Positions 10,901 to 19,506 are shown, counted from the stretch's first letter. The stretch is DNA of 25,045 nucleotides from an uncultured bacterium (GCA_937863565.1 CALMGJ010000037.1:62001-87045), one strand, 5' to 3'. Notes: generated by a model not told the origin, from the letters alone. Program-made: numbers and translations.

Positions 10901-13900
10901 TCGAGAAGGACCTCGATGCTTCTGTCCAAATACTCAAGGATGCGCTTTCGGAAGTGGACAATAATGATTACGAAACGCGGAAAAAACTCGGGGAACTCGT
11001 TCTTCTAAAGGATCTCAAGGACAAAAAGAGCACATCCCCCGATGAAAAGATCATCCTGGCCAAAATATATTATGATTTTATGCGGTATGATGCCGGGCTC
11101 TCCGTGCTCGCCGCAGTTCCGCAGAATTTCGAACGGTACCGCGATGTGCTTTATGAAATGGGTAGGATTTATTATCAGAAGAACGATTACGGGAAAGCTT
11201 TGGAGTATTTCGAAAAACAAAAGAAGATCTATCCCAACCCTAATGCTGATAATTTCATCAGCTACTGCAAGGGCTATATGGAAAAGGACCGCGAGAAAAG
11301 GGCCATGCATTTCGGCCGCGGTGAAATGGCCATCTCATCCTACTACTCCGCCCTTCTTAATTTCGCGAGAATAGAAACGAAGATACCCGGATTGGATAAG
11401 CTCATAGAGACCGCCAAGATCGGCTATAAGGCTGCAAAGGATATGGATTGGGCCTATGAGTGGACTCAGAAATACAATTACGGTGAGGCGGTTAAATATC
11501 TGAAAGAAGCGGAGAAGCTGGCATTTTCGATAAATGACATGTACATGCTCGTGGATATCTGCTATAAAACCGCTAATGGTTATCTTGATCTCGGGCAATA
11601 CGATCTTGCCTGGGAATACTACAATGCCGCCGTGAAATACCGGAAAGCAGTGAACGCGGACGATAAGGATACCGTATTGGACCAGTGTTTTAAATATTAT
11701 TATACGTCGATCGGAGATTTCAACAAGGCGCTTGAATACGCCGAAAAGAACCTCAAAAGAGTTCAGAGGGATTTCCTGTACAATGACCTCGGGATCACAC
11801 ATGCTGACCTTGCCGATTGTTATACGAATATGGGAGACTACGAGAATGCCCTCGAACATTACAATGCCGCGCTCGAGGTCTACAAGAATAATCTCAATTC
11901 CTTAAGCGAAGTGTATCAGAGGAAGAACATCATCTACATATATCTCTATCAGCAGGAATTCGATAAGGCGCTCGAGGATATCCCCGCTCTGGAGAAGGCT
12001 TTCATCAAGATCGAGAAGAATGCCGTAACGGCGCAGGATATCTACAATATTCTCGGGCAGACATACCAGTACATCGGAGTCGCCGATAAGGCCATCGTTT
12101 ATTTCGATAAGGGATATGCCACCGCTTCACGCTTGGGGAATAATTACGGCCGCGGAGCTTTCCTGAACAATTCTTCCGAGGTCTTTCTCTATATAACGGG
12201 CGACCTCGACAAGGCTGCCGAGAGGCTTCTTAAGGCCCAGGTGATCTTCGAGAACATGAACGTGCCGTCAGGTCTTGCGCCCGTTTATTCGAATCTGGCA
12301 GACCTTTATTTCAAGAAAAAGGAATACGATAAAGCGATCGAATATGCGGAGAAAGCGAAGACCATCGCCATCGACTACAATTACGGCTACGAGTACAATG
12401 CCGCTTTGCATCTTGAGGCATCGGTGGAATTCGAGAAAGGGAATACGGATAAGGCCTTCGAGTACTGCGCCGAACTCCTCGACCGCGTCGAAGGGAGGAA
12501 AAGAGGCGCTTTTCTCTGGAAGGGAAGGTATCTGATGGGGAGGATACTCTACGGTCAGAATAAAAAGGAAGAAGCTGTGCAGAAACTTGAATCGGCTGTC
12601 GAGGCTTTAAGAAAAACGACTCAATCGATGAAATCAGAAGAAGGACAGCGTTCTTTCCTTAAAGCGGAGAATAAATTCGAAGTATATGAGAAGCTCATTT
12701 CCATTCTCATGGAACTGAAGCGCTACGACGAATCGATCAAATATCTCGAGGAGATAAAGTCCCGTATTATAATGGATACTTTCGAGAACTACAACAAGGA
12801 ACTCCAGCAGCTCAAAGAGAAGAAATCCTCCATAGAGGAAGAACTCCAGAAAGAACTGGAAAAGCCAAAGGAGATGCAGAGCAAAGACAGGATAAAATAC
12901 CTCTCGGAGAACCTTGCGAAGAATGAGAGCGAATTCAACCGGCTTGTTACATCCATCGAGGACAATTATGATGATTTTGCCAAATTGAGAGTGGATCCTG
13001 ACCTTCTGGCGGATATGAAGGACAATATCCCGAAGGACAGCGTGATACTGTTCTATTTTTTCGCGGACGAGAAACTTTTCATAATGACGGTCGGGAACAA
13101 TTATTTCAATGCTCAATCCGTGGCCATAAAAGCCGAGGAACTCGAAGAGAAAGTATTGAAGCTCAGAGCCTTCATCACGATGCCCGGAGAAGAAAAGAAC
13201 ACGAATGAGACACTGGCGGAGCTTTATGATATCCTGATCCGGCCGATCGAACCGACGACCGATAAATACGAGACACTGATCATTCTCCCGTATAATGTCC
13301 TTTTCTATGTTCCCTTTGCCGCGCTGGTCAGCGAAAATACGCCCGGTGCGGTCAAGTACCTCATTGACGACAAGAACGTGACCACGCTGTGCAATGCCAC
13401 GCTGAACGACCTTTTCAATACTCCTAAAAAGAGCAGCGAGTATTCTTTCGTCGGTTTCGGGAATCCCGACGGAAGCCTGGCCTATTCCGAGAAAGAACTC
13501 GAGGATATCAGAAATACCGTATTTACGGACGGGAAGATATTCCTTAAGGACGATGCGACAAAGGAGAATTTCTTCGAGGAAGCAAAGAACTATTCGATAC
13601 TCCATATCTCAACACACGGGAAGCTCAAACCGGTAGCTTCCGATTCCTATCTTCTCCTTGCGGGAACGGAGGAAGAGTCCAAACTGACGCTGGAAGAGAT
13701 CACCGGATACACCGACCTTAAAGGGAAAGCCGTTCTCGCAGTGCTCTCTGCATGCGAAACCGCGCTTGAAAAGAATAAATCCATCGGGAAGGATTTCCTC
13801 AGTCTCTCAAAGGCTTTTGCCAGAGCGGGTGTTCCGGCCATCATCGCATCGCTATGGAAGGTATCGGACGAATCCACAGAGCTTATTTTCACCGAGTTCT

Positions 13901-14034
13901 ATAAGAATCTCAAGACGAAGAACATGAACAAAGCCGAAGCCCTGCGCGCCGCCCAGAAGTCGATAAAGAGCATGAAAGAGTTCTCGAGCCCGTTCTTCTG
14001 GGCTCCGTACATACTCAATGGCGACTACAGGTAA
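7909..14034 (+). CDS. Large secreted HEAT/TPR-repeat CHAT-domain (caspase-like, clan CD) protease, 2041 aa
   Basis: N-terminal signal-like peptide, HEAT-like repeats (AMWACGRLK, IIYALGDFKDPRPV), many TPRs and a coiled coil. CHAT domain: LYDILIRPI, LIILPYNVLFYVPFAALV, FGNPDGSL, catalytic HISTHG (13603-13620) and VLSACET (Cys codon 13753-13755), ASLWKVSD, SPFFWAPY. ATGA overlap with the regulator stop. Confidence 0.93.
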   Translation: MKRALSTLFVIIFVICCYGNTDDIVFKDGILFYDVNMRGETYEFVVKIESLEPEIVFRWVMPSKDLAARAIISKENILNAKNQKTYFSNYDYERYGKGTTAVWLSKMNYLALKLMKFTKITFDSGSAEKLKLTGSKTVPVTVNGEPVDIGLITAKSESGKYLEVLDDIEHPVIMNMELDWGTVKINRIFHKTALIEHIGSLYDSGDPGSIKSAIYFTAYFDLPEFADKVIAAIDKEDTRVDAMWACGRLKLKQALPKVLPYMDSNDYNTYYYAVFATRMIKDPSSIPQLLKVLKKEKDLTSSKAETIIYALGDFKDPRPVKDICAILDKETSRLSALKPEEEDKNVNFRWTCLDSLLQLASPASVKTLKALQLVEKDKTNLSLIISALDKIEFSNIKTPAVKKEKKAKPGQEAPKPGKSVWFYAKVKDFYEDNKIVVLGRGSNDMVREDSGEVYFYHNAISGTSSNINWSFVIAKGRIIKVTPDDTVIHITDMYDKIASGDIAEFTLVMPVEKVDNPLLLLALYDITFKSPSDDRPYNSVDAVKNISDASYNELLKMIEKELKDYINTEDIKSYTSSLTVDEGKFKGMNWYDAGMAVTTEDIREFFLYVKYYPSRYLTNEYNFAETLYTWIINGAEDTLNEQRADQAKPVYNDALDLLSEGKIDESAERLRKVLEIKPDHEDAKNKLTLIEDIAYLREVTSRDPDDLNSLYDLAYKYWRAGLYEISNEKYTICVEKKFKEGASRFNIGRNYFDMGDTKKAFEIYSSLGGTYEKETEEKWIKYTSSLLKLSTEKNDPQAFINIADVFYHDEVYADAKDYYQKALSADPDNKYAKEMIGKIKIHNDVDQYLLWAADYWDEFKFEDAKTYWIEALSAAMELNDKELMLTIYNKIAKSYENAEMYDEAIEIYGRIIEFDNTNFDGYFGIAYAYQGLLEYGKAMEWTEKALQKFPDDVSFLNSIGFDLMKLGRFDEAVPYLERAKKDDPQYLNPRKNLAVCLFEKDLDASVQILKDALSEVDNNDYETRKKLGELVLLKDLKDKKSTSPDEKIILAKIYYDFMRYDAGLSVLAAVPQNFERYRDVLYEMGRIYYQKNDYGKALEYFEKQKKIYPNPNADNFISYCKGYMEKDREKRAMHFGRGEMAISSYYSALLNFARIETKIPGLDKLIETAKIGYKAAKDMDWAYEWTQKYNYGEAVKYLKEAEKLAFSINDMYMLVDICYKTANGYLDLGQYDLAWEYYNAAVKYRKAVNADDKDTVLDQCFKYYYTSIGDFNKALEYAEKNLKRVQRDFLYNDLGITHADLADCYTNMGDYENALEHYNAALEVYKNNLNSLSEVYQRKNIIYIYLYQQEFDKALEDIPALEKAFIKIEKNAVTAQDIYNILGQTYQYIGVADKAIVYFDKGYATASRLGNNYGRGAFLNNSSEVFLYITGDLDKAAERLLKAQVIFENMNVPSGLAPVYSNLADLYFKKKEYDKAIEYAEKAKTIAIDYNYGYEYNAALHLEASVEFEKGNTDKAFEYCAELLDRVEGRKRGAFLWKGRYLMGRILYGQNKKEEAVQKLESAVEALRKTTQSMKSEEGQRSFLKAENKFEVYEKLISILMELKRYDESIKYLEEIKSRIIMDTFENYNKELQQLKEKKSSIEEELQKELEKPKEMQSKDRIKYLSENLAKNESEFNRLVTSIEDNYDDFAKLRVDPDLLADMKDNIPKDSVILFYFFADEKLFIMTVGNNYFNAQSVAIKAEELEEKVLKLRAFITMPGEEKNTNETLAELYDILIRPIEPTTDKYETLIILPYNVLFYVPFAALVSENTPGAVKYLIDDKNVTTLCNATLNDLFNTPKKSSEYSFVGFGNPDGSLAYSEKELEDIRNTVFTDGKIFLKDDATKENFFEEAKNYSILHISTHGKLKPVASDSYLLLAGTEEESKLTLEEITGYTDLKGKAVLAVLSACETALEKNKSIGKDFLSLSKAFARAGVPAIIASLWKVSDESTELIFTEFYKNLKTKNMNKAEALRAAQKSIKSMKEFSSPFFWAPYILNGDYR

Positions 14035-14046
14035 AAAGGTAATGGG

Positions 14047-14063
14047 TGTTACTATTCGAAACA
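14047..14063 (+). promoter_or_regulatory. Candidate upstream activator sequence for a sigma54 enhancer-binding protein
   Basis: Near-palindrome TGTTAC-TATTC-GAAACA (TGT-N11-ACA), about 65-80 nt upstream of the -24 element. Confidence 0.5.
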
Positions 14064-14125
14064 TTGAAAAAAAGTTTGAAATATGGGATAATAGTCCGGA
14101 TGCGATGAATAAAGGAATTCGGAAA

Positions 14126-14142
14126 TTGGTACACATTATGCT
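14126..14142 (+). promoter_or_regulatory. Candidate sigma54 (-24/-12) promoter
   Basis: TTGGTACACATTATGCT: GG (14128-29), 10 nt, GC (14140-41); compare consensus TGGCACG-N4-TTGCW. It lies about 45 nt upstream of the AGGAGG-preceded ATG. Confidence 0.65.
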
Positions 14143-14184
14143 TTACAATGAACAGAAATACTTTTTATTTCAGGAGGTGTGCTC

Positions 14185-14895
14185 ATGAAAAAGGCACTAT
14201 GCGTTTTGCTGGCAGTGTTCCTTTTAGCGGGAACATTCTATGCGAAGCCGAAAAAGAAAGAGGGCCCTAAGGAAGAGCCCAAGATCCAGGCTCAGAAGGG
14301 AGAGTTCCTCAGAACCAAGGATATACAGGGTTCACTCGATCCCAGTCTTGCTTTTTTGGCTGACATGGGCCTCAAGATAGATGAAGCAAGAGAAAAAAGC
14401 GATGCTATCGAGATCGCTTCGTGCGCGCTTCTTCTTTTCTGGGCCGAGAAGATCTCAGGCAAGGAATCCCCGATCATAACGGGAAAGACTTTGCTTGAAG
14501 AGGCTTCGAAACTTGCCGAAACACAAAAGAACCCCAAAGCTCTGGAAGCAGTTGCCAAGATCTGGGGCGATGCTGTGAACGGCCCCGGCGACACGGCCAT
14601 GATGGAAAAATATACAGAGATGGCCAAAGTCTTCCTCGCCGAAAAGAAGGATGTGAAAAGGTCCTATTCCGAAACAGGCTCGGTGCAGGTCAACAATAAT
14701 ACCGGATGGGATATGTATATCTACATTGACGGGTATTATCAGGGCGTTCTCTATGCCTATCAGGACAAAGTCTACTATGGCGTTCCCGCCGGTTCGATCA
14801 AGCTCTATGCTTCGGCTGCCGACGGCACGTATTGGGGACCCAATTACTACACGCTTTCCGTAGGCGGAAAGTTCACCTGGAATCTCTGGCCGTAA
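14185..14895 (+). CDS. Secreted hypothetical protein: helical N-domain plus C-terminal aromatic-rich beta (PEGA-like) domain
   Basis: AGGAGG at 14172-14177 favours ATG 14185 over the track start at 14179. Signal peptide MKKALCVLLAVFLLAGTFYA; C-terminal VQVNNNTGWDMYIYIDGYYQG...VPAGSIKLYA...YWGP...FTWNLWP. Confidence 0.85.
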   Translation: MKKALCVLLAVFLLAGTFYAKPKKKEGPKEEPKIQAQKGEFLRTKDIQGSLDPSLAFLADMGLKIDEAREKSDAIEIASCALLLFWAEKISGKESPIITGKTLLEEASKLAETQKNPKALEAVAKIWGDAVNGPGDTAMMEKYTEMAKVFLAEKKDVKRSYSETGSVQVNNNTGWDMYIYIDGYYQGVLYAYQDKVYYGVPAGSIKLYASAADGTYWGPNYYTLSVGGKFTWNLWP

Positions 14896-14917
14896 TTTCG
14901 GGTAATCGTTAATTCTA

Positions 14918-14971
14918 GGGGGAGGCGTTCGCACCTCTAAAAAGGCGTACGCGTCTCCCCCGTTCTTTTTT
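14918..14971 (+). terminator. Probable intrinsic terminator/attenuator
   Basis: GGGGGAGGCG...CGTCTCCCCC stem (one G-U pair) followed by GTTCTTTTTT, 22 nt after the stop at 14895. Confidence 0.7.
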
Positions 14972-14997
14972 CAGTAAAGAACTCTATGAGGGAAAAT

Positions 14998-16320
14998 ATG
15001 AAGATCGTCACAAAGGTCCTTCTGGGCTTGCTTGTTTTCGTGTTATCCGCGGTTATTCTCGTTCTCATCGTCTCGGCCGCGGTCAATGCCGGACAGAAGA
15101 AGATATACAATGCCGTTCAAACCGCATCCGTTAAAGCATACGAGGATTTCGGAGAGTATGTCAAAAAACCTTTTTATGAAACATACGCTGACGGGCAGTC
15201 CTGGGATTATTACGGAAAAGCGGTCGATCTTATTAAAACGGACATTGATAAGAACGGCAATAAAGAGATATTCAGGGATTATGCCGAAGATAAAGGGACC
15301 GTGACCCGTGAGCAAGTGCTCGAAGCCCTCAAGTCCGAAGAAGAGCCTCTTCATATTTTCCGTGAAGGAGTGTATAAGAACAAGTGCCTGATACCTGTTG
15401 ATTACAGGGACTTCGCCGGCACTTTTTTCCCTAATGTATATTCGGTTTTCTTCCTGTCAAATGCAAGCGGTTCCCGTTATCTTATTGAACTCGAGGATAA
15501 AAAATACAGCGAAGCTCTCCGTTCAGCTATGGAGAACATTATCTTTTCCATTGACCTGATGAATTCAAGTCCGAACCTGATGCTCTATATCGGAGGGGTA
15601 CATAATCTGAAGAAAACAGTCAAACATCTGAACAAGTTCATCGCCGAAAAGAGGAAGGATCTAAGATCGATAGAGACCGTTATCAAGGCCTATGAGACCC
15701 TTAGAGGGGAATTCAAGGACATAATGGAGCTTATTGATTATGAAAGGCATCTCATAAAGATAAATCTGAGCGATCTTTTCTATGAGCAATTGTTCAATTC
15801 TCCGCGCGCGTCCGTAGGTTCTTTTAAAAAACTGCTGGTAAAATTATATCTTGCCAAATACGGTTTTTCGGAGTATAAAGCGATCAATAACACACTGGAT
15901 CTTTTCGACAGGATATACGATAATATAATAAAAGCCGAACCGAGAACGTGGAAAGGCCTTACGGGGGTTTTCGGAGAGAACGACCGCCTTATTTTCAATT
16001 CGAAAAACGATATAGCCAATATCGTATATCCAAAATATGACAGCATCGTATTCGAATACTTTGCACTGCGGACAGAAATAGACATGCAGCTTCTGAAACT
16101 GTATCTGATCCGCGCCCTTTCCGAGGGAAAAACGGCAGAAAAGGCCGTCGAGAACGTAAAAACCCGGATAGGGGAATTTAAAGATTTTTACAGCGGTGAG
16201 AATATCCGTATTGAAAATGACGCCCGGAAGAGGGTCATATCGCTTGTTTCTTTCGGCCCCGACGGGGTGACGGACGCGGCCGCTCCGGGAGATGATATTA
16301 AAATGGAGATTGAATATTAG
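14998..16320 (+). CDS. Membrane-anchored hypothetical protein with GspG-like C-terminal motif
   Basis: Single N-terminal TM helix and a mostly helical body, ending in DFYSGE...LVSFGPDG...DDI. GAGGG RBS favours ATG 14998 (track start 14986). Confidence 0.8.
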   Translation: MKIVTKVLLGLLVFVLSAVILVLIVSAAVNAGQKKIYNAVQTASVKAYEDFGEYVKKPFYETYADGQSWDYYGKAVDLIKTDIDKNGNKEIFRDYAEDKGTVTREQVLEALKSEEEPLHIFREGVYKNKCLIPVDYRDFAGTFFPNVYSVFFLSNASGSRYLIELEDKKYSEALRSAMENIIFSIDLMNSSPNLMLYIGGVHNLKKTVKHLNKFIAEKRKDLRSIETVIKAYETLRGEFKDIMELIDYERHLIKINLSDLFYEQLFNSPRASVGSFKKLLVKLYLAKYGFSEYKAINNTLDLFDRIYDNIIKAEPRTWKGLTGVFGENDRLIFNSKNDIANIVYPKYDSIVFEYFALRTEIDMQLLKLYLIRALSEGKTAEKAVENVKTRIGEFKDFYSGENIRIENDARKRVISLVSFGPDGVTDAAAPGDDIKMEIEY

Positions 16321-16328
16321 GAGAGCTT

Positions 16329-17261
16329 ATGAAAAAGAATATTCTTCTGTTCTTACTGCTTTTTATCGTGTGCGTTAACGTTCATTCCGCCGATACCGGT
16401 ACTGTCGCGATAGTATCTTCGATCGACGGTCAGGCATCGCTGAAAAGCGGCGATACCGAAAAACCTCTGGACCTGGGTGCGGAATTAAAGGATGGCGATA
16501 CCGTTATCATCGGAAAGAAATCCTCTCTGACGGTGCTTTTCCAGAATGGCGCTCTTATGATCTACAATAAGGAAGGCGTGCATTCCATTTCCGTAAAAGA
16601 TGCCGATAAGAGGGCCAAGACCCGGGGGATCATACCTGAAGTAGTGAAGGATTTCAACAATACTTTCAATGAGGAACAAAGAGAGGAAACGCTGGGAAAG
16701 GTACTGTCATTAAGGCCAATAGAGGATTTCATGCTCATTTATCCGAGGATGAAGGTGTTCTCGGTGAGGCCAAGGTTCCTCTGGGACGTTTCTCAGGAGA
16801 TCCATGAGAGAGCATTCATAATAGTTATCGGGGAAGTGGGCGGAAGGGAACTGCTCCGAATACCCGTTAGCGACATTTGCGAAATGGACTACCCTTCCTT
16901 CGCGCCGCCCCTCACAAGAGGCAATATCTACTACTGGAGGATCGAACTTGTTTCCGGCGACGATTATTCGGATGATATGTCATTCACCGTCGTTGACGAG
17001 AATGAAGCCTCGAACTACACCGTAGAGATCGACAGGATAAATAAAAACTACAAGGACCAGAATGTGAAAGACATGCTGATAGGCAAACTTCTCACCGGGA
17101 ATTCACTCTATACCGAAGCGATCGAGTATTACAATAAACTTGCCGCCCGTAATCCTAATTCGATCTATCCGCATCAGGAACTTGCCATCATATATCAGAA
17201 CACATATCTGAAGAAACTGTACGATTCCGAAATGCTGAAGATCAAGGAATTGAAAAAATAA
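16329..17261 (+). CDS. Secreted protein, FecR-like N-terminal beta domain plus DUF928-like/TPR C-terminal region
   Basis: Signal peptide (...NVHS-A). FecR-like VSSIDGQASLK...LKDGDTVIIGKKSSLTVLFQNG; then RPRFLW, YPSFAPPLTRGNIYYWRI, LYTEAIEYYNKLAARNPNS, which recall DUF928-type proteins. RBS AGGAG. Confidence 0.7.
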   Translation: MKKNILLFLLLFIVCVNVHSADTGTVAIVSSIDGQASLKSGDTEKPLDLGAELKDGDTVIIGKKSSLTVLFQNGALMIYNKEGVHSISVKDADKRAKTRGIIPEVVKDFNNTFNEEQREETLGKVLSLRPIEDFMLIYPRMKVFSVRPRFLWDVSQEIHERAFIIVIGEVGGRELLRIPVSDICEMDYPSFAPPLTRGNIYYWRIELVSGDDYSDDMSFTVVDENEASNYTVEIDRINKNYKDQNVKDMLIGKLLTGNSLYTEAIEYYNKLAARNPNSIYPHQELAIIYQNTYLKKLYDSEMLKIKELKK

Positions 17262-17274
17262 ACGGACGGATACC

Positions 17275-19506
17275 GTGAAAAGGATCCTTCTTCTTGCGGC
17301 TCTTGCAGCGTGTCTTGTGTTTCCGGGTTCATTTAAAGAAACCCTGGAAAAGGCCATTATATCTTTCAATAAAGGCGATTACGGGAAAATGTTCGAGATC
17401 CTGAAAAAGGCATCGAAGGCGCTTGATGTCAAAGATCCCGAATACAAGTACAACAAAGCCGTCCTTTACAAATGGTATGGCAATGCCTATATGGGAATGA
17501 ACGACACTTCTTCGGGTTATACGTATTATGAGGACGCGCTCTCACTACTGGAAGAGGTCGGCGGTGACAAGGCGGATCTGGAAAGAGGAAGGCTTTACAA
17601 TAATCTCGGCGCGCTGAACGAAGCGGACGGGGATTATGATTCGGCATTGGATTATTTTGATAAGGCATGCGGAATTTATGAAAAGCTGAACGAAACACTG
17701 GAGATCATGCACACAGAGCTCAATAAGGCGTACCTTTTCGAGGGAATGGGAGAGTACGATCGCGCTCTTGCCGCGCTCGAGGGCATCATTGCCGCCTCGG
17801 CCGACAAAGCGGTGAAGGATGACGATATCCTTTCAAAGGCCTATCTCGCCGAAGGCAATGTCTGTTTTAAACTGAAGAAGTACAATGAAGCGCTTCAGCA
17901 TTATATCAAATCCAATATCCATTTTGCCAAGCTTAAATCGAAAATAGGCATAGCGATGACCTTCGCCAATCTCGGCATAACCAATGAAAAACTCGGCGCG
18001 CTGGGATTGGCAAAAGATTTCTACATAAAAGCCCTTGAGAATTCGGAGAAGATAAGGGGGCAGCTGAGGGACCAGAAGATGCGCGCTACGTTCGGAGAGG
18101 GAAGTTTCTTCGTCTATGAAAAGATCATCACGCTTTGTGTGAACGAAGGAGCCGCGGAAGATGCCCTCTACTATATTGAAAGAGCAAAGGCGCGCGCTTT
18201 TCTCGATATGCTCGGAAATAAGATGATACCCCTCAGGACCAAGAATAGGGAGTTCGCAGAGCTTCTGGACAGAGAAAGGGAATATGCCCTTAAGATCGAA
18301 TCGTCGGTAGAGATCGGCGAGATCGAAAAATTGTCCGAAGAGCTGGACGGGATCTATGAAAAGATCAAAGCCATCGATCCGGAATATGCCGGGCTGAAGA
18401 CGGCTGATGTGAAAAATGCCGCGGAACTCCGTGCCCGCATTCCCGATGATATGATATTCGTGGATTATTTTATCGGTGAATACGGCGCCTATGCCGCACT
18501 TTTCTCCGGAAATCTTCTGAAAGTGATCACTATCCCGATGCGGCCAGCTGTAATGATCGAAAGGATATTGAAATTCAGGTCGATAGCGGTAGAACCCGGA
18601 TGGAGCATTTTCGATTCAAGCTATCAGGATATACTTGCCGAACTTTACGATGTGCTGTTAAAACCTTTGGAAAAAGAGATCAGCGCATTCGGCAAGATCT
18701 GCGTCATTCCACACGGGATCCTTCATCATCTTCCTTTCAATGCACTCGTTTACGAGAAAGATACGGCAAGCAGCGGATTAAAAAAGCCGAAGTTCGCCAT
18801 AGAAAAATATCCGTTCATTTTTTCACCGTCGATCAACATTTTCGTAGAAACATTCAAAGAAGAACAGTCGTACGGAAACATATTAATAATAGGCAATGCC
18901 CAATATGAAGAAGGCTGGGCCGCTCTTCCTAATGCAGAATTGGAAGCTGCCGCGATAGAAAAAAAATTCACCGAAAAGAAAGTCCTTATCGGGAAGAAGG
19001 CGCTTGAAACTACAGTGAAAAAAGAAGCGCCGAATTATAACATACTGCATTTTGCCACTCACGGCCAACTTCTGAGCGAAGAACCGCTGAATTCGAGGAT
19101 CTTACTTACCAAGGGCGGTCGCGACGACGGCAGTCTTACCGTCAAGGAGATATTCAATATGGACCTCAAGGCTTCACTGGTCGTTCTTTCCGCGTGTGAA
19201 ACAGCAAAACTGGGCAGTTTCTCATCGGATACGAAAGAGAATTTTCCTTACGGGGACGATCTTCTCGGCCTTACCAGAGCCTTTGTTTATGCCGGTGTTC
19301 CTTCGATCGTCGCAAGTCTCTGGGAGGTTTCAGACGCGGCCACGATGTTCATCATGGACAATTTCTACGATAATCTGAAAACGATGGATAAAGTAGAGGC
19401 CCTTAGGCAGGCCCAGATACGGTTAATGAAATCGGAAGAAGGGAAAGGCGTGAACAGGATGGTCCACCCCAATTACTGGGCGCCTTTCATCATGTTCGGT
19501 TACTGA
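17275..19506 (+). CDS. Secreted TPR-CHAT domain protease, 743 aa
   Basis: GTG start, signal-like peptide, TPRs (LYNNLGAL, TFANLGI), ERAKARAFLDML. CHAT motifs LYDVLLKPL, VIPHGILHHLPFNAL, catalytic HFATHG (19048-19065) and VLSACET (Cys 19195-19197), GLTRAFVYAG, ASLWEVSD, HPNYWAPF. Confidence 0.94.
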   Translation: MKRILLLAALAACLVFPGSFKETLEKAIISFNKGDYGKMFEILKKASKALDVKDPEYKYNKAVLYKWYGNAYMGMNDTSSGYTYYEDALSLLEEVGGDKADLERGRLYNNLGALNEADGDYDSALDYFDKACGIYEKLNETLEIMHTELNKAYLFEGMGEYDRALAALEGIIAASADKAVKDDDILSKAYLAEGNVCFKLKKYNEALQHYIKSNIHFAKLKSKIGIAMTFANLGITNEKLGALGLAKDFYIKALENSEKIRGQLRDQKMRATFGEGSFFVYEKIITLCVNEGAAEDALYYIERAKARAFLDMLGNKMIPLRTKNREFAELLDREREYALKIESSVEIGEIEKLSEELDGIYEKIKAIDPEYAGLKTADVKNAAELRARIPDDMIFVDYFIGEYGAYAALFSGNLLKVITIPMRPAVMIERILKFRSIAVEPGWSIFDSSYQDILAELYDVLLKPLEKEISAFGKICVIPHGILHHLPFNALVYEKDTASSGLKKPKFAIEKYPFIFSPSINIFVETFKEEQSYGNILIIGNAQYEEGWAALPNAELEAAAIEKKFTEKKVLIGKKALETTVKKEAPNYNILHFATHGQLLSEEPLNSRILLTKGGRDDGSLTVKEIFNMDLKASLVVLSACETAKLGSFSSDTKENFPYGDDLLGLTRAFVYAGVPSIVASLWEVSDAATMFIMDNFYDNLKTMDKVEALRQAQIRLMKSEEGKGVNRMVHPNYWAPFIMFGY

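Noticed and set aside
7930-14136. Minus-strand ORFs up to 323 aa inside the large CHAT gene
   Set aside because: They are antisense shadows of a strongly supported CDS with no independent features.
7909-19506. CRISPR type III-E (Csx29) or other CRISPR-linked CHAT system
   Set aside because: No cas genes, array, SAVED/CARF domain or ECF sigma in the window, and both proteases have signal-like peptides.
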